DNA of 18,241 nt from a bacterium (GTDB lineage: Bacteria > Zhuqueibacterota > Zhuqueibacteria > Oceanimicrobiales > Oceanimicrobiaceae). This document shows positions 16,744 through 18,241 of this stretch, piece after piece. The notes under the pieces were generated by a model that searched no databases, was not told where the DNA came from, and saw nothing but the letters and a program-made list of their open reading frames with translations. Positions within the stretch are counted from its first letter, which is position 1; the number at the start of each line of letters is the position of its first letter. The stretch lies in assembly GCA_046757525.1 (NCBI GenBank), contig JBHHYI010000087.1:1-18241 (forward strand), in the 5' to 3' direction. Made by a program: the position numbers and the translations under genes.

Positions 16744-17682
16744 ATGGCATCTATTCTCGATAAATTCAAAAAAGGTCTGGCGAAAACGCGCGAGGGCTTT
16801 GTTGAGGAAATCGTCAAGTTGGTGAAGAACAAGTACGCCATCGACGATGAGCTTTTGGAGCAAATGGAAGAGACCCTCATTGCTGCCGACATTGGAGTAG
16901 AAACGTCTGTTGGAATTATCGAGCACTTAAAACAGTATATTAAAAGTGAAGGATTTCGTGAGCCAGACGAGATTGTTAAGGCATTGAAAGAACAAATACG
17001 TAGCCGGTTGATCGAGGCAAGCTCTGCTTTTGGCCGCAACAGCGTCCTGGAGCTGTTCGATGCTCCGGTTAAACCTTTAGTCGTCATGGTGGTGGGCGTC
17101 AACGGAACCGGCAAGACGACGACGATCGGGAAATTGGCGAAGTTGTTTCGTGACCGGGACAAAAAGGTGTTGTTGGCCGCCGCCGACACGTTCCGCGCCG
17201 CCGCTTCCGAGCAGTTGGAAGTCTGGGCGAAACGCTCTGAAGTGGATGTGGTGCGCAACCTGACCGGCAGCGATCCCGCTGCTGTGGCCTTCGACGCGCT
17301 CAAGGCCGCCATCGCCCGCAACGTCGACGTGTTACTCGTGGACACGGCTGGTCGGTTGCACACCAAAACCAACCTCATGGAGGAACTCAAGAAGATTCAT
17401 CGGGTTTTGGGGAAAGCCATGGCGAGTGCTCCGCACGAAGTGTTGTTGGTCCTGGACGCTACCACCGGGCAAAACGCCCTGGCGCAGGCGCGTCAATTCA
17501 AGGAAGCCGTGGATGTCACCGGCATCGTCGTCACCAAGTTAGACGGCACGGCCAAGGGCGGCATCTTGTTGGCCATTCAAAATCAGTTGCACCTGCCCGT
17601 GTGCTTTGTTGGACTGGGGGAATCTCTGGACGATTTGAAACCCTTTGAACCTGAAACGTTTGTCGAGGCTTTGTTTCAATGA
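16744..17682 (+). CDS. ftsY: Signal recognition particle receptor FtsY (NG-domain form)
   Basis: 312 aa. N-domain followed by a G-domain with GVNGTGKTTT (G1), DTFRAAA, DTAGR (G3), TKLDG (G4), and the SRP-GTPase insertion box. The ALLVDTAGRLHTKTNLMEEL region is typical of FtsY. Confidence 0.93.
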   Translation: MASILDKFKKGLAKTREGFVEEIVKLVKNKYAIDDELLEQMEETLIAADIGVETSVGIIEHLKQYIKSEGFREPDEIVKALKEQIRSRLIEASSAFGRNSVLELFDAPVKPLVVMVVGVNGTGKTTTIGKLAKLFRDRDKKVLLAAADTFRAAASEQLEVWAKRSEVDVVRNLTGSDPAAVAFDALKAAIARNVDVLLVDTAGRLHTKTNLMEELKKIHRVLGKAMASAPHEVLLVLDATTGQNALAQARQFKEAVDVTGIVVTKLDGTAKGGILLAIQNQLHLPVCFVGLGESLDDLKPFEPETFVEALFQ

Positions 17683-18241
17683 AGATCAATTTGACCACAT
17701 TGGGATGTCCCAAAAATCTGGTGGACTCCGAGGTGCTGCTGGGCGGACTCAAGCATGACGGCGTAGAATTTGTGGAGGACCCCCTGGAAGCGGAGACCAT
17801 CATTTTGAACACCTGCGGGTTTATTCAAGGGGCCAAAGAAGAGTCCATCGATGCCATTTTGCAAGCCGTAGAGTTGAAAAAGCAAGGCTCCTGCAAAAAT
17901 GTCTTTGTCACTGGATGTCTTTCGCAGCGCTACCGAGAGGAGTTAATGCAAGAAATACCGGAAGTGGACGGCTTTTTCGGCAACCGGGACATGCAGCAGG
18001 TCCTTGGGCAATTGCTCTCTGAACTGGATTTAAAGCACGAAATCCTGGGGGAGCGACTCATCACCACGCCGGCCCATTACGCCTATTTGAAAATTTCCGA
18101 AGGGTGTGAAAATCCTTGCACCTTTTGCTCAATACCGGGCATTCGCGGCAATTTTCGCAGTCGCTCAATCGAGTCGCTGGTGACCGAGGCTGAGAAGCTA
18201 ACAGCGCAGGGGGTCAAGGAACTCATCCTGGTGGCGCAGGA
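17679..18241 (+). CDS. rimO: Ribosomal protein S12 methylthiotransferase RimO (MiaB-family radical SAM), 5' partial; runs off the window end
   Basis: Start ATG overlaps the ftsY stop (ATGA). MTTase N-domain (LGCPKNLVDSE...NTCGF...VTGC) followed by the radical-SAM CxxxCxxC (EGCENPCTFCSIP). Overall it is most similar to the RimO N-terminus (KINLTTLGCPKNLVDSEVLLG; AHYAYLKISEGC). Confidence 0.85.
   Translation, partial: MKINLTTLGCPKNLVDSEVLLGGLKHDGVEFVEDPLEAETIILNTCGFIQGAKEESIDAILQAVELKKQGSCKNVFVTGCLSQRYREELMQEIPEVDGFFGNRDMQQVLGQLLSELDLKHEILGERLITTPAHYAYLKISEGCENPCTFCSIPGIRGNFRSRSIESLVTEAEKLTAQGVKELILVAQ

Overview
The window is a co-directional, housekeeping-type chromosomal stretch with about 50% GC; all 22 credible genes are on the + strand. 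I could run no database searches, so identifications rest on conserved motifs that I can read directly in the translations. I infer an FCB-superphylum-like bacterium (Bacteroidetes/Chlorobi/Ignavibacteria/Cloacimonetes-type) from the DUF5683-like gene at 9628..10164, and an anaerobe from the 2[4Fe-4S] ferredoxin; canonical TTGACA/TATATT promoters indicate it is not a classical Bacteroidetes. The genes, in order, are: an amtB-glnK-glnA nitrogen-assimilation cluster, a flotillin-like SPFH protein overlapping an Lrp/AsnC regulator, groES-groEL behind a textbook promoter plus CIRCE operator, folB-folK, a deoxynucleoside kinase, a small acidic-tailed membrane peptide, a DUF5683-like exported protein, an SNF-family Na+ symporter, a small exported protein, purF, then a tight cluster of UbiA-family prenyltransferase, a 116-aa pseudo-receiver-like protein, a 2[4Fe-4S] ferredoxin, a geranylgeranyl reductase (GGR) and pgsA, followed by ftsY and the 5' part of rimO. 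The most interesting signal is the UbiA/ferredoxin/GGR/PgsA cassette. It carries the archaeal-type GGR signature (YxWxFP-x7-GxG, PVRCxEA Cys) and a translationally coupled dedicated ferredoxin, consistent with saturated isoprenoid (possibly ether-type) lipid synthesis in a bacterium. Secondary observations are a GlnK whose T-loop has His instead of the uridylylatable Tyr51, a promoter-terminator leader abutting folB, candidate operator repeats upstream of amtB, and a low-GC sub-region (about 7.4-10.1 kb). No CRISPR, tRNA/rRNA or mobile elements were seen.
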